A DNA stretch of 63,678 bases, counting the filler, from Deltaproteobacteria bacterium (GTDB taxonomy: Bacteria > JACQOV01), in NCBI GenBank assembly GCA_016202395.1. It is 5 parts of 5 records of this genome, joined end to end, with 100 filler letters (N's around TTAATTAATTAA, not from the genome) between each part and the next. Parts side by side here need not be neighbours in the genome. Positions count along the whole stretch, not along the records: positions 33,323 to 38,943 come from JACQOV010000046.1; positions 39,044 to 48,775 come from JACQOV010000047.1; 3 more parts are not named here. One strand, 5' to 3'. The notes below the pieces were generated by a model. That model saw nothing but the letters and a program-made list of their open reading frames with translations, had not been told where the DNA came from and made no database searches. The position numbers were made by a program, and so were the translations under genes. Positions 36,796-46,246 of this stretch are shown here, piece by piece; position 1 is the first letter of the stretch; each line of letters opens with the position of its first letter.

Positions 36796-37802
36796 GTTAC
36801 GTTTTGAAGGAAGCTTTGCACCTTTCCCATCACATCGTCAACCCTAAGCTCTTCCAAACAGGCATAAGTTTTTAGAGGGCACGTTCTTTGGCCGCAGGGG
36901 GAGCAGAAAAGATCTTTGCGCACAACCCAGGAAGTGTACCCGTAAGGCCCTGTTCTTTGAGGATTTGCAGCGCCAAATAGGGTAACAACGGGAGTTCCCA
37001 TCGCCACTGCCAAATGGATGGGCCCGGTGTCTCCTCCGATCACAAGGTCACATCGCTGGAGCACGGCCGCGGTCTGTTTTAGATTCGTTTTTCCCACTAG
37101 GTTTAAAAACAAATTTGAGGAGTTTTTAATCTTGTGGCTCGCCTCGGCCTCTTCTATCCCTCCGGTAAAGAGGATTCCGGCGCCCCAATTTTTCTGAATC
37201 CGTTGCGCGAGTTCTAAATAACGCTCGGATCTCCATCGGTTCGCAGGTTTGCTGGCTCCTAGATGAATCGCGATCCGAGGATGGGACAGTGGGGCCAGAA
37301 GCTTGTCAGCCCATGAATGGATTTCAGACGGAATTGCAATCTTCCATTCCACAGGGGATGGAGGAACTTTTAAAAGATCGGCAAATTCTAAGAACTGTTC
37401 GAGCATCACTCCAGAATGCGGATGAGAAGGGATCTTCTGATTTGTAAACAACCCATTCCCTTCTTTACATCGAGAGCGATCAAATCCTAACCGAACCGGA
37501 GCTTTTGAGAATAGGGTGATCAACCCGCTTTTAAGGATCCGTTGCAAATCAAGGGCAATATCAAACCGTTGCTGGCGAATCTGGGCTATGAATTGAGGGA
37601 TCTTCCAGGGCTCTTTTCGAGGGAAAAGGAAGATTTTGTCAATGGAACGGTGGCCTTCTAAGATAGGATACGCTTTGGGTTCTACGGCCCAGGCGATGTA
37701 GCGTTGAGGATCCGCATTTTTGAGCCGATTGAGAAGCGGGAGACAATTTACAACATCTCCAATCGCCCCTAATCGCACGATCAAGATGCGCTGTGATCTC
37801 AT
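36792..37802 (-). CDS. Glycosyltransferase family 9 (LPS heptosyltransferase-like)
   Basis: ILIVRLGAIGDVV, DTGPIHLAVAMG, LFGA...RTGP; ATG overlaps the upstream stop. Confidence 0.9.
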   Translation of the reverse strand: MRSQRILIVRLGAIGDVVNCLPLLNRLKNADPQRYIAWAVEPKAYPILEGHRSIDKIFLFPRKEPWKIPQFIAQIRQQRFDIALDLQRILKSGLITLFSKAPVRLGFDRSRCKEGNGLFTNQKIPSHPHSGVMLEQFLEFADLLKVPPSPVEWKIAIPSEIHSWADKLLAPLSHPRIAIHLGASKPANRWRSERYLELAQRIQKNWGAGILFTGGIEEAEASHKIKNSSNLFLNLVGKTNLKQTAAVLQRCDLVIGGDTGPIHLAVAMGTPVVTLFGAANPQRTGPYGYTSWVVRKDLFCSPCGQRTCPLKTYACLEELRVDDVMGKVQSFLQNVT

Positions 37803-38629
37803 GTTTTTCCTCTTCCTAGAAGTCTCATCTGAAGCCACCAGCTGAGAGAATGTCGTCGAACCGATTGATCCCCCTCTTTTAGTATTTTTTGGATCTCCAG
37901 AGGTTTCAAACCGTAACTTTCAAAGAAGAATCCCCAATCCTCTTTCGAGAGCTCGCTCTGAATCTTAGGATATTTGTATACGGAGCGGTAGAAACGGATT
38001 AGATTGTTCATTCGATCTTTATCGGAAAGAGAGTTTCGGGCCTTGGCGCGGTCAAAATCGATAAGATAGGCTTTGAAAGAATCTCCATTCTTTTGGAGGA
38101 CAATGTTTCCTAGATGCAGATCGGCATGGAAGATGCCGGCATCGTGCATCTTTCGAGTTGCAGAGGCCGTTATCTGGAGGATCTCTTTTTTCTCCGTTGC
38201 GTTTGGATGAGTCAGCAACGCTTTGGACAGATTTTGAGCATGAGGAATCTCGCGACTCACCCAATAGCCTCGATAGAATCCTCCCCACATTTTTTTTACG
38301 ACCCCTGCGATCGGTTCCGCTGTAGGAACTCCATTTTGATAAGCCTGAAGAGAGATTCGCAGTTCATCAAAAGGGCGCCTGTTCGGTCCCCAGAAGAGAT
38401 CTCGGCTGAAATACTGAATCATTCCTCCCCGAAGGTAGGGGCGGATTCGAAAGATCTCTTGGGGACTTTGTTGAATGAATCTAGAGGGACCTCGTCCTTC
38501 GTTCGAACGAGGCATGCTTGAGGGAATATCATTTTGGGCTACCTCTAGGTCGAGGGAAGGCCCCAGGAGCTTCGCATATCCCTCATCCTTCCATAAAATC
38601 TCAAGATTACCACGCTTTTCCGTATACAT
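37799..38629 (-). CDS. kdkA: Kdo kinase / LPS kinase family
   Basis: RPYLRGG, RPFDEL, GVPTAEP, HADLHLGNI, LIDFD; GGAGG before ATG 38629. Confidence 0.75.
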   Translation of the reverse strand: MYTEKRGNLEILWKDEGYAKLLGPSLDLEVAQNDIPSSMPRSNEGRGPSRFIQQSPQEIFRIRPYLRGGMIQYFSRDLFWGPNRRPFDELRISLQAYQNGVPTAEPIAGVVKKMWGGFYRGYWVSREIPHAQNLSKALLTHPNATEKKEILQITASATRKMHDAGIFHADLHLGNIVLQKNGDSFKAYLIDFDRAKARNSLSDKDRMNNLIRFYRSVYKYPKIQSELSKEDWGFFFESYGLKPLEIQKILKEGDQSVRRHSLSWWLQMRLLGRGKT

Positions 38630-38682
38630 TTTTTGTTTGCCTCCAAGCCTAACAAATTTAAGGTTCTTTAGGTAGGGCATCG

Positions 38683-38883
38683 ATTCACTGGAATGTTTCT
38701 TCTCGCTTCACTCGCAAGATTTTTGACCCCTCTACGGCTCGATCGCTCGATTTCTGAACTCGGCCTTCGGCCTCAAACAGCAGAAATCGGCCCTTTGGGC
38801 ACGCTCCCTTCGCCAAGAGGGGTACCCCAAAAATCTTGCGACGTTCGCTCAAAAGAACATTCCAGTGAATTTTTTCAACCTCC
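38683..38883 (-). repeat. Family A copy A3, complete core
   Basis: IR ATTCACTGGAATGTT / AACATTCCAGTGAAT; reverse complement of A4. Confidence 0.92.
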
Positions 38884-38913
38884 ACCAACGGTTTCTGTTG
38901 TTTGGCCCATTTC

Positions 38914-38943
38914 AGGGAGGTAGGTCTCTGAACGAGCGGTTCA
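38914..38943. repeat. Family D terminus at contig end
   Basis: AGGGAGGTAGGTCTCTGAAC, reverse complement of the termini at 39195-39214 and 48985-49004. Confidence 0.8.
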
Positions 38944-39043
38944 NNNNNNNNNNNNNNNNNNNNNNNNNNNNNNNNNNNNNNNNNNNNTTAATTAATTAAN
39001 NNNNNNNNNNNNNNNNNNNNNNNNNNNNNNNNNNNNNNNNNNN
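38944..39043. other. Artificial contig spacer
   Basis: N/TTAATTAATTAA/N. Confidence 0.98.
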
Positions 39044-39214
39044 ACTGTAGGCTTCGCAAAGCAGCTACGTCCCCCAGTTTCACTCTGGAGAAACACGCAC
39101 GGAAAGGATAGGTTTCACGGATCGACACCGATTGTGAGCCATCCGCTCCGCTGCTTTGCTCAGCAACAGTGGCACGGCTCGAAATGAATCGCTTGTTCAG
39201 AGACCTACCTCCCT
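39044..39214 (-). repeat. Family D copy D2 (partial)
   Basis: TAGGCTTCGCAAAGCAGCTACGTCCCC is the reverse complement of a segment at ~48897-48923; ends GTTCAGAGACCTACCTCCCT. Confidence 0.82.
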
Positions 39215-39224
39215 TCACGGGCAT

Positions 39225-39268
39225 CCCAAAAATCTCGTAACGTTCCTTCAAAAAGACATTCCAGTGAG
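39225..39268 (-). repeat. Degenerate half of a family A element
   Basis: CCCAAAAATCTCGTAACGTTCC...ACATTCCAGTGA resembles 38826-38868. Confidence 0.65.
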
Positions 39269-39276
39269 TTGATAGA

Positions 39277-39435
39277 GGGGGGAAAAGTTCAAAGCGGCGA
39301 CGTAGCGAGAGGGAGCGGGTACCCACCGAGGGCGAGCCGGGCGAGGAAAGCCGGTTATACCGGAAGGCTTTTTCCCGCCGGCTCGCCCCGGAAGGGTGCG
39401 ACCGGAGCTTCGGAGCCGCTCGAACTTTTCCCACC
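39277..39435 (+). repeat. Palindromic element family C, copy C1
   Basis: IR GGGAAAAGTTC / GAACTTTTCCC; near-identical reverse complement at 63395-63556. Confidence 0.92.
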
Positions 39436-39536
39436 GATTAATCAAAAATCTCGTGAGTGAGACCAAGAACTCCAGTGCTAGACTTGCTACGGAGGGTTTC
39501 CTTGGGTTAATCTCTGTAGAACTAATGAACAAGATG

Positions 39537-39610
<74 letters not shown>

Positions 39611-39640
39611 ATGTTAATCGAGCAGTAACCACAGACACTT

Positions 39641-40081
39641 ATGATTGAAAAGAAGGATTCCATAAAATTACTAGCAGAGCTCGAAGAATCTCCCACAAAA
39701 GAAGAAACTTTGCGGGTCTTGTTAGAAATACTGACCCAAGAATACAAGGCAACGGAAGAGGAATGGAATCGGGAGATGGGAATGAGAACCGAGATCCTGG
39801 AGGAGGAGACCCCTCTTTTTGACCGTCGAATGGAGGCTCAGATTCTAGCGATGGATGAGGTTCGTTCCCGTTTACTGCGTCTCTTTGAAAACGGATGGAG
39901 TTTCGGTGAAGAAACTCGCCGCACTTTAGAGGAGTTTGTGGTGGCTTCGCGTTCCTTGGACCATCGGCTTCGTGGAGCGATGATCCTTCTCTCGCCGGCC
40001 ATGGCGCAAAATCTAAAAAAGCGGCTGATCCGCTTGGCCGATCAGCCTAGAATTCAACAACTTTTGAAAGGAGAAAAGTGA
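39641..40081 (+). CDS. Hypothetical helical protein
   Basis: 146-aa ORF whose stop overlaps the next start (GTGA). Confidence 0.7.
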   Translation: MIEKKDSIKLLAELEESPTKEETLRVLLEILTQEYKATEEEWNREMGMRTEILEEETPLFDRRMEAQILAMDEVRSRLLRLFENGWSFGEETRRTLEEFVVASRSLDHRLRGAMILLSPAMAQNLKKRLIRLADQPRIQQLLKGEK

Positions 40082-41694
40082 ACTTCTTAATTTTTTTAGG
40101 GGGAACCGCTTTATTCCTTTACGGATTCCGCTTAACGCGGGAAGGGCTCCAGCAATTGGCAGGAGATCGACTTCGCAAAATTTTGTCTGCAATGAGTGGG
40201 AATCGCCTCGTCGGATTAGGAGCAGGAGCCTTTATTACAGCGCTCATTCAAAGCTCTACCGCAACCTCGGTCATGATGGTCAGCTTTGCAACGAGCGGGT
40301 TTCTAACGTTGCGCCAAGCGATGAGTTTAATCCTGGGGGCCGATATCGGCACCACCTTTACGGTTCAGATCCTCTCTTTTAATCTCTCCTCCATTGCTTG
40401 GCTCCTCATCATATTAGGGGTCGGCCTCATCCTTTCCCAACGTTCCGATCGGAATCGATGGCTTGGGGAGGCTATTTTAGGATTTGGTTTTCTCTTCTAC
40501 GGCATGCGTGTTATGTCGGGCACGATCTCTCTCGATCCCGGAAGCGATCTTTATATTTTGCTAGATCTTCTTTCAGACCACCCGATCCTCTCTCTTGGAT
40601 TTTCCGCCGTGATCACGGCTTTGCTTCATAGCAGCGCCGCCATGATTGGACTCATCCTTTCGATTGCCCAATCGGGAAATATCGGTTTGGGGATTGCCAT
40701 CCCTATGGTTCTTGGAGCCAATGTGGGAACCTGCTTTACGGCCCTCTTGGGGAGTTTAGAGGGGAACACCGAGTCCAAAAGGGTTGCTTGGGCCCACCTT
40801 TTTTTCAAAATAGGAGGAGTTCTTCTCGTTTATCCTCTCTTAAATCCCTTTACGAACCTTGTGGAGCTAACCTCTGGGGACATCTGTCGCCAGATTGCGA
40901 ATGCCCATTCCATCTTTAACATTGCGATCTCCTTTGCTTTTCTCCCCTTCTTGGGGATAGGAGCTAGACATTTAGAGCGATGGATCCCTGCGAAAGAAGA
41001 GGATCTCTCCCCTTTTCGGACCCTCTACATCGATGCACGGGCGATAGAAACCCCTGCTTTTGCCTTGGCTCAAGTGACTCGCGAGATTCAGCGGATGGCC
41101 GATATCAGCCATGGTATGCTTAAAGATTCGATAGAGGCTTTTAAGGCTCGAAGCCTGCATGAGATTCAAGTGATCGAGGAGAAAGACGACATCGTCGATT
41201 ATCTGGATCGAGAGATAAAAAAGTTCCTCACCCGCTTGGGGCAAAACGCCCTGAGTGGAGAACAAGCCCAAAAAGAGATGGAGTTGATCTATGTGACCAC
41301 CCAGCTCGAACACATCGGCGACGTGATCGACAAAAATCTGATGGAACTGGCCAAGAAAAAATTAGAGAACCAGCTTCGGTTCTCAGAGCCGGGTTGGCAA
41401 GAGATTTCCGATTTTCATGCCAAGGTTTTAGAGAATTTTGAATTGGCCCTCTCCGCCTTTGTCACCTCCGACAAAGGATTAGCGGAGACGGTTCTGCGTC
41501 ATCACCGGAACTTGAGCGAGTTGGAACGACGCTATAGTCAAACTCATATCGAGCGTCTCCATAAAGGTCACCCTGAAGCGATTGAAACCAGCTCCCTCCA
41601 CTTCGACCTTCTCAGCAACCTTCGACGAATCAATTCCCTGATCGCGCAGATCGTGTTGCTTTTGGTTCAAACAGAGTCTAAAACTTCTTCTTGA
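40078..41694 (+). CDS. Na/Pi cotransporter family protein with PhoU-like domains
   Basis: IQSSTAT, GADIGTT, HSSAA, GANVGT, QIANAH, LEHIGD. Confidence 0.9.
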   Translation: MNFLIFLGGTALFLYGFRLTREGLQQLAGDRLRKILSAMSGNRLVGLGAGAFITALIQSSTATSVMMVSFATSGFLTLRQAMSLILGADIGTTFTVQILSFNLSSIAWLLIILGVGLILSQRSDRNRWLGEAILGFGFLFYGMRVMSGTISLDPGSDLYILLDLLSDHPILSLGFSAVITALLHSSAAMIGLILSIAQSGNIGLGIAIPMVLGANVGTCFTALLGSLEGNTESKRVAWAHLFFKIGGVLLVYPLLNPFTNLVELTSGDICRQIANAHSIFNIAISFAFLPFLGIGARHLERWIPAKEEDLSPFRTLYIDARAIETPAFALAQVTREIQRMADISHGMLKDSIEAFKARSLHEIQVIEEKDDIVDYLDREIKKFLTRLGQNALSGEQAQKEMELIYVTTQLEHIGDVIDKNLMELAKKKLENQLRFSEPGWQEISDFHAKVLENFELALSAFVTSDKGLAETVLRHHRNLSELERRYSQTHIERLHKGHPEAIETSSLHFDLLSNLRRINSLIAQIVLLLVQTESKTSS

Positions 41695-43922
41695 AAATGA
41701 ACTTATCCAACTGCTTCCCAAAATTGATGCTCCGTTTTGCGCTCCTCATGATCCTCATCCAGATCCATCCCTCCTGGGGGGTGGAGCTGCTTGGAGAAAA
41801 TGAGGACTTTATTTCTTCTATTGAAATCGAGGCTGGAGAGCTGATCTGGAATCGGAGCGCGAATGAATATGAAGGGAAGGGGGGCGTGGTTATTCGATCC
41901 AATGCTGTCCACCTGAAAGCGGAGCAAATCCTCATTAACGTGAAAGAACAAAAGGTGATTGCGAAGAAAGGGGTTGTCCTGACCGACTCCGCGCAACAGA
42001 TCTCTTTGCACAGCGATTCCGTTGAATTGGATTTGCAAAAAAAAGTGGGAGTGATTCTCAATGGCTCGCTATCCGCGCAACACAAAGGGATTACCTATCT
42101 TTTTTACGGAGAGCGGATTGAGAAACAGGGAGACGATACCTACCGAGTTGTTCAAGGATCGTTCACCACCTGTCTTTGTCCTCCTGAGGAGAAAGAGAGC
42201 TGGAAGATCACCGGTCAAGAGATCCAAGTGACCCTTGGTGGCTATGCCACGGCGCGAAATGGGGCTTTTTGGGTGCGCGGGATCCCCATTTTGTATCTTC
42301 CCTACATGATTTTCCCTGTTAAAACGGAGCGAGAATCGGGTTTCTTGTTTCCGGAGTTTAGCGTTTCGGGACGGAAAGGGTTTGAGGCAAAACTGCCCTA
42401 TTACTGGGCGTTCTCCGACACGAAAGACTTAACGATCACGCCTCATTACGCCAGCCAATGGGGAGGAGGGGGAGGTGTTGAATATCGATACCGACTCACT
42501 CAAGAGGGGTACGGACAATGGCAAAGCGAATTCTTTGATCAGGGTCTTAGAGAAGATTCGGAAGAAGGGGATGCCCTTCGTTGGCGCGCCAAAGCCCAAC
42601 ACAATCAATATCTGGATCATGGACTGGGCATAAAGCTCGATGGAGATGTTCCAGGCGATAATGATTATTTTAACGACTTTGAAACGGGAAAATCCGATCG
42701 GTTGCGACCTTTTACCACCTCCTCCCTCCATCTTTACAAAGCGGATGAAAAATATCTTGCAAGCCTTTACGGATCCTATTACGACAACTTGAAAGAGGTG
42801 GACTCCGGTCAAACGGTTCAGAAAGCCCCTGCGTTCGAGATCGCTACAAGGCGCTTTCAATTTTTGGAGGCGCCTCTCTATTGGAATGGAACGATGTCGA
42901 TGGCCAACTTTTTTCGGACAGGGGAGGCCTTCGACGATTTGGGTCTGGATGGGATAGAGGCGACTGGAGATGTTGGAGAAGGGAGCGGAAGTTTCGAGGA
43001 GGGGGAGCCGGTTCGTGAAGGGGCTCGCTTCGTCGTAAAAAACACCCTCTCTGCCCCTTTGCAAATTTTGGATCGGTGGACTTGGACCCCGGAGGCCAGC
43101 TTTTCAGAAACGGCCTATCGATTGACGATCGGGGAGAATCCCTTTAAAGAGCGGCATCTTTTTACCTTAAAGAGCGCTCAAGGCACGATTTTTTATCGCG
43201 TCTTTTCTATTTCAGATCAGAGAAAGATCCTCCACGCCTTTGAGCCGAATTCTTACTATCTCTATGCTCCCCAAGTCGATCAGGACGATCTTCCACTCTT
43301 AGACAGTTATGATCGCATCGAAGAAAAGAGCCTCATGGTTTACTCCTTAACCCAGCGACTCCTCGCGAAAGTGGGGGGAGAGATCTCAGAGATTCTTTAT
43401 TTCAAACTAGCGCAGCACTACAATTTTTTAGACGAAGAACAACCCTTATCGGACATTTTATGGAATCTGGAGATGACTCCCACTGCCCCTCTCAAGTTTT
43501 CAGCTCAAGGAAACTACGACCTCTATGGAACAGGGCTTCGAACCCTAGAATCGGCAGTGGAATGGAATAGCTTGCGCGCCGATCGACTTAAGGTCGGTTA
43601 TTTTCGCTCAGATCGTTTCACGGTGAGCAATCGAACCCGTGTGGAGGTCTCTGAGGCGTTTGATGTCACGTATGAAAGGGAGGAGACGGAGAGGCTCTTC
43701 GGAGCCTTTGAAGTTCCTGTAACCTCTTTTCTTGCGCTGGGAACTGAGCTAGACTACTCTCTTTTAAAAGATCGTTTAGAAGAGAGTCGTTATGAGGCAA
43801 TTTACACCTCGCTCCGACGGTGTTGGAGAGTGACCGCAGGCTTCCATAAAACGTTAGTTCCAGAAGAGCAGAAGTTTGAGGTTCTTTTTACATTGATTGG
43901 AGTCGGGGACATAGGTCGGTAA
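41691..43922 (+). CDS. lptD: LPS-assembly protein LptD
   Basis: OstA-like N-terminus, GSFTTC, PILYLPY, RESGFLFP, PYYWA, C-terminal RCW. Confidence 0.85.
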   Translation: MKMNLSNCFPKLMLRFALLMILIQIHPSWGVELLGENEDFISSIEIEAGELIWNRSANEYEGKGGVVIRSNAVHLKAEQILINVKEQKVIAKKGVVLTDSAQQISLHSDSVELDLQKKVGVILNGSLSAQHKGITYLFYGERIEKQGDDTYRVVQGSFTTCLCPPEEKESWKITGQEIQVTLGGYATARNGAFWVRGIPILYLPYMIFPVKTERESGFLFPEFSVSGRKGFEAKLPYYWAFSDTKDLTITPHYASQWGGGGGVEYRYRLTQEGYGQWQSEFFDQGLREDSEEGDALRWRAKAQHNQYLDHGLGIKLDGDVPGDNDYFNDFETGKSDRLRPFTTSSLHLYKADEKYLASLYGSYYDNLKEVDSGQTVQKAPAFEIATRRFQFLEAPLYWNGTMSMANFFRTGEAFDDLGLDGIEATGDVGEGSGSFEEGEPVREGARFVVKNTLSAPLQILDRWTWTPEASFSETAYRLTIGENPFKERHLFTLKSAQGTIFYRVFSISDQRKILHAFEPNSYYLYAPQVDQDDLPLLDSYDRIEEKSLMVYSLTQRLLAKVGGEISEILYFKLAQHYNFLDEEQPLSDILWNLEMTPTAPLKFSAQGNYDLYGTGLRTLESAVEWNSLRADRLKVGYFRSDRFTVSNRTRVEVSEAFDVTYEREETERLFGAFEVPVTSFLALGTELDYSLLKDRLEESRYEAIYTSLRRCWRVTAGFHKTLVPEEQKFEVLFTLIGVGDIGR

Positions 43923-43923
43923 G

Positions 43924-45408
43924 ATGATCTACCCAACGGAATCGGAATTTCAGCGACTTGCGGAAAAGGGGAATGTGATTCCCGTTTATCGTGAGATCCT
44001 GGCAGATGGCGAGACGCCGGCCTCTGCCTACCACAAGCTCGCCCAAAAGGGGGCCTCCTTCTTGCTTGAGAGTGTGGAGGGGGGGGAACGATGGGCTCGG
44101 TACAGTTTTTTGGGGATAGAACCTAAAGCGATTTTGAGATATTCGAAAGGGAGGCTCGAAATCCTCAGGGCCGATGGGCAAAAACGTCAAGAAAAGATTG
44201 CCGATCCCTTTCAGGCGCTGAAAGGTTTCCTTAAAAGTTATCAGCCAGTCTCGATCCCGGACCTTCCACCCTTTTGGGGAGGATTGATCGGATTTTTAAG
44301 CTATGACAGTGTTCGGTATATTGAAAAGATCGGCGATAAAACTCCAGGGGAGGATTTTGTTTTTTTGATGACGGACACGGTTGTGGTCTTCGATAATTTA
44401 CGACACACGGTTAAGATTATTGCGAATGCCACTCTTCCTCCCAACGTCGACTCGCAGCAGTGCAAAAAAGGGTACCTTGCCGCTGTGAGACGGATCGAGA
44501 AGATATTGGATCGGCTTAAGAAACCCAGCTTGCTTTCCCCCTTTTCTCAGATCGATCTTTCTGAGGCGGACGGACTAAAATGGAAGACCGTCACGGACCG
44601 TGAGGGGTTTAAACAACAGGTTTTGAGAGTCAAAGAATATATTCGAGCAGGGGATGTGATTCAGACAGTTCTTTCACGGCGAATGGAGCTTCCCTACAAG
44701 AAGAACAGCTTCAATTTGTATCGGGCGCTCCGTTTGATTAATCCTTCCCCCTATATGTTTTATTTGAACTTGGGCTCGAAAGTGCTCATTGGATCCTCTC
44801 CGGAGATATTGGTCCGTTTAGAAGGGAAAGAGGCCGTGGTTCGTCCCATTGCGGGGACAAGACCTCGGGGTAGAGGCGTATCCGAGGATCTTGCCATGGA
44901 GGAGGAGCTTAAAAAAGATGAAAAGGAGAGGGCAGAGCACCTCATGCTTGTGGATTTAGGACGGAACGACTTAGGGAGAGTGTGTAACACCGGATCCATT
45001 CGCTTGACCGATTTTATGATCGTGGAGCGTTACTCCCACGTGATGCATCTTGTTTCCAATGTGGTGGGAAAGCTTTCCAGTGGAAAAGACTCTGTGGATC
45101 TTTTGAGGGCTACTTTCCCTGCGGGAACCGTATCAGGAGCGCCCAAGGTTCGAGCGATGCAGATTATCGAAGAGCTTGAACCTGTAGCCAGAGGGCCTTA
45201 CGCAGGAGCGATTGGTTACTTTTCATTTTCAGGGGATATGGATCTTTGTATTGCGATCCGGACGATGTGGTTAGAAAAGAGGAAACTGTTCCTTCAATCG
45301 GGAGCGGGGATTGTGGCCGATTCCGATCCGGAGCGGGAGCTTGAGGAGACGGAGAATAAGGCGAGGGCGTTGCTGCGGGCTGTGATGCTAGCCAACGCCA
45401 ATAGTTAG
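43924..45408 (+). CDS. trpE: Anthranilate synthase component I
   Basis: FLLESVEGGERWARYSF, NPSPYM, RPIAGTRPRG, AEHLMLVDLGRND, GAGIVADS. Confidence 0.95.
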   Translation: MIYPTESEFQRLAEKGNVIPVYREILADGETPASAYHKLAQKGASFLLESVEGGERWARYSFLGIEPKAILRYSKGRLEILRADGQKRQEKIADPFQALKGFLKSYQPVSIPDLPPFWGGLIGFLSYDSVRYIEKIGDKTPGEDFVFLMTDTVVVFDNLRHTVKIIANATLPPNVDSQQCKKGYLAAVRRIEKILDRLKKPSLLSPFSQIDLSEADGLKWKTVTDREGFKQQVLRVKEYIRAGDVIQTVLSRRMELPYKKNSFNLYRALRLINPSPYMFYLNLGSKVLIGSSPEILVRLEGKEAVVRPIAGTRPRGRGVSEDLAMEEELKKDEKERAEHLMLVDLGRNDLGRVCNTGSIRLTDFMIVERYSHVMHLVSNVVGKLSSGKDSVDLLRATFPAGTVSGAPKVRAMQIIEELEPVARGPYAGAIGYFSFSGDMDLCIAIRTMWLEKRKLFLQSGAGIVADSDPERELEETENKARALLRAVMLANANS

Positions 45409-45437
45409 TACAAACGCAATAAATGCCTGTTACTGGA

Positions 45438-45646
45438 GGTGGAAAAAGTTTACTGGGATGTTTTTATTGAGCGAACGTTGCAAGATTTTTGGGGTACCCC
45501 TCTTGGCGAGGGGAGCGTGCCCGAAGGGCCGATTTCTGCTGTTTGAGGCCGCAGGCCGAGTTCAGAAATCGAGCGACCGAGCCTTAGATGGGTCAAAAAT
45601 CTTGCGAGTGAAGCGAGAAAAAACATCCCAGTAAACTTTTTCCACC
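45438..45646 (+). repeat. Family A copy A4 with family C-type termini, between trpE and trpG
   Basis: Perfect 28-bp terminal IR GGTGGAAAAAGTTTACTGGGATGTTTTT. Confidence 0.93.
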
Positions 45647-45661
45647 GAGATGGAAATTTCT

Positions 45662-46246
45662 ATGTTGCTGATGATCGATAATTACGATTCTTTCACTTAC
45701 AACCTTGTTCAGTATTTTGGTGAACTGGGAGAGATGGTGGAGGTTTATCGAAATAAAGAGATCACGTTGGAAGAGATTGCGGAGAAAAAGCCGGAGCGGA
45801 TCGTGATCTCCCCCGGTCCTTGCACTCCGGCGGAAGCGGGAATCTCTGTCCCTCTCATCCAACGCTTTGCCGGTAAAATCCCCATCCTAGGGGTTTGCTT
45901 AGGGCATCAATCCATTGGAGCCGCCTTTGGCGGAAAAATTGTTTCCGCAAAACGGCTTATGCATGGAAAGGTCTCTGAGATTCATCACGATGGGAAAACG
46001 ATTTTCCGAAACATCCCGAATCCCTTTAAAGCCACTCGATATCATTCCCTCGTAGTTGAAAAAAAGGGGGTTCCAGAGGTGTTGGAGATCTCAGCGGTCT
46101 CAGAGGATGGAGATATGATGGGACTCCGACATCGTCAATACTTAGTGGAAGGAGTGCAATTCCATCCGGAGTCGATTTTAACGGAACAGGGGAAGGCCCT
46201 CCTTAAAAATTTTTTGGATCTTTCTAAAGGAAAGAATCGATCATGA
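45662..46246 (+). CDS. trpG: Anthranilate synthase component II (glutamine amidotransferase)
   Basis: [27 protein letters not shown]. Confidence 0.95.
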   Translation: MLLMIDNYDSFTYNLVQYFGELGEMVEVYRNKEITLEEIAEKKPERIVISPGPCTPAEAGISVPLIQRFAGKIPILGVCLGHQSIGAAFGGKIVSAKRLMHGKVSEIHHDGKTIFRNIPNPFKATRYHSLVVEKKGVPEVLEISAVSEDGDMMGLRHRQYLVEGVQFHPESILTEQGKALLKNFLDLSKGKNRS

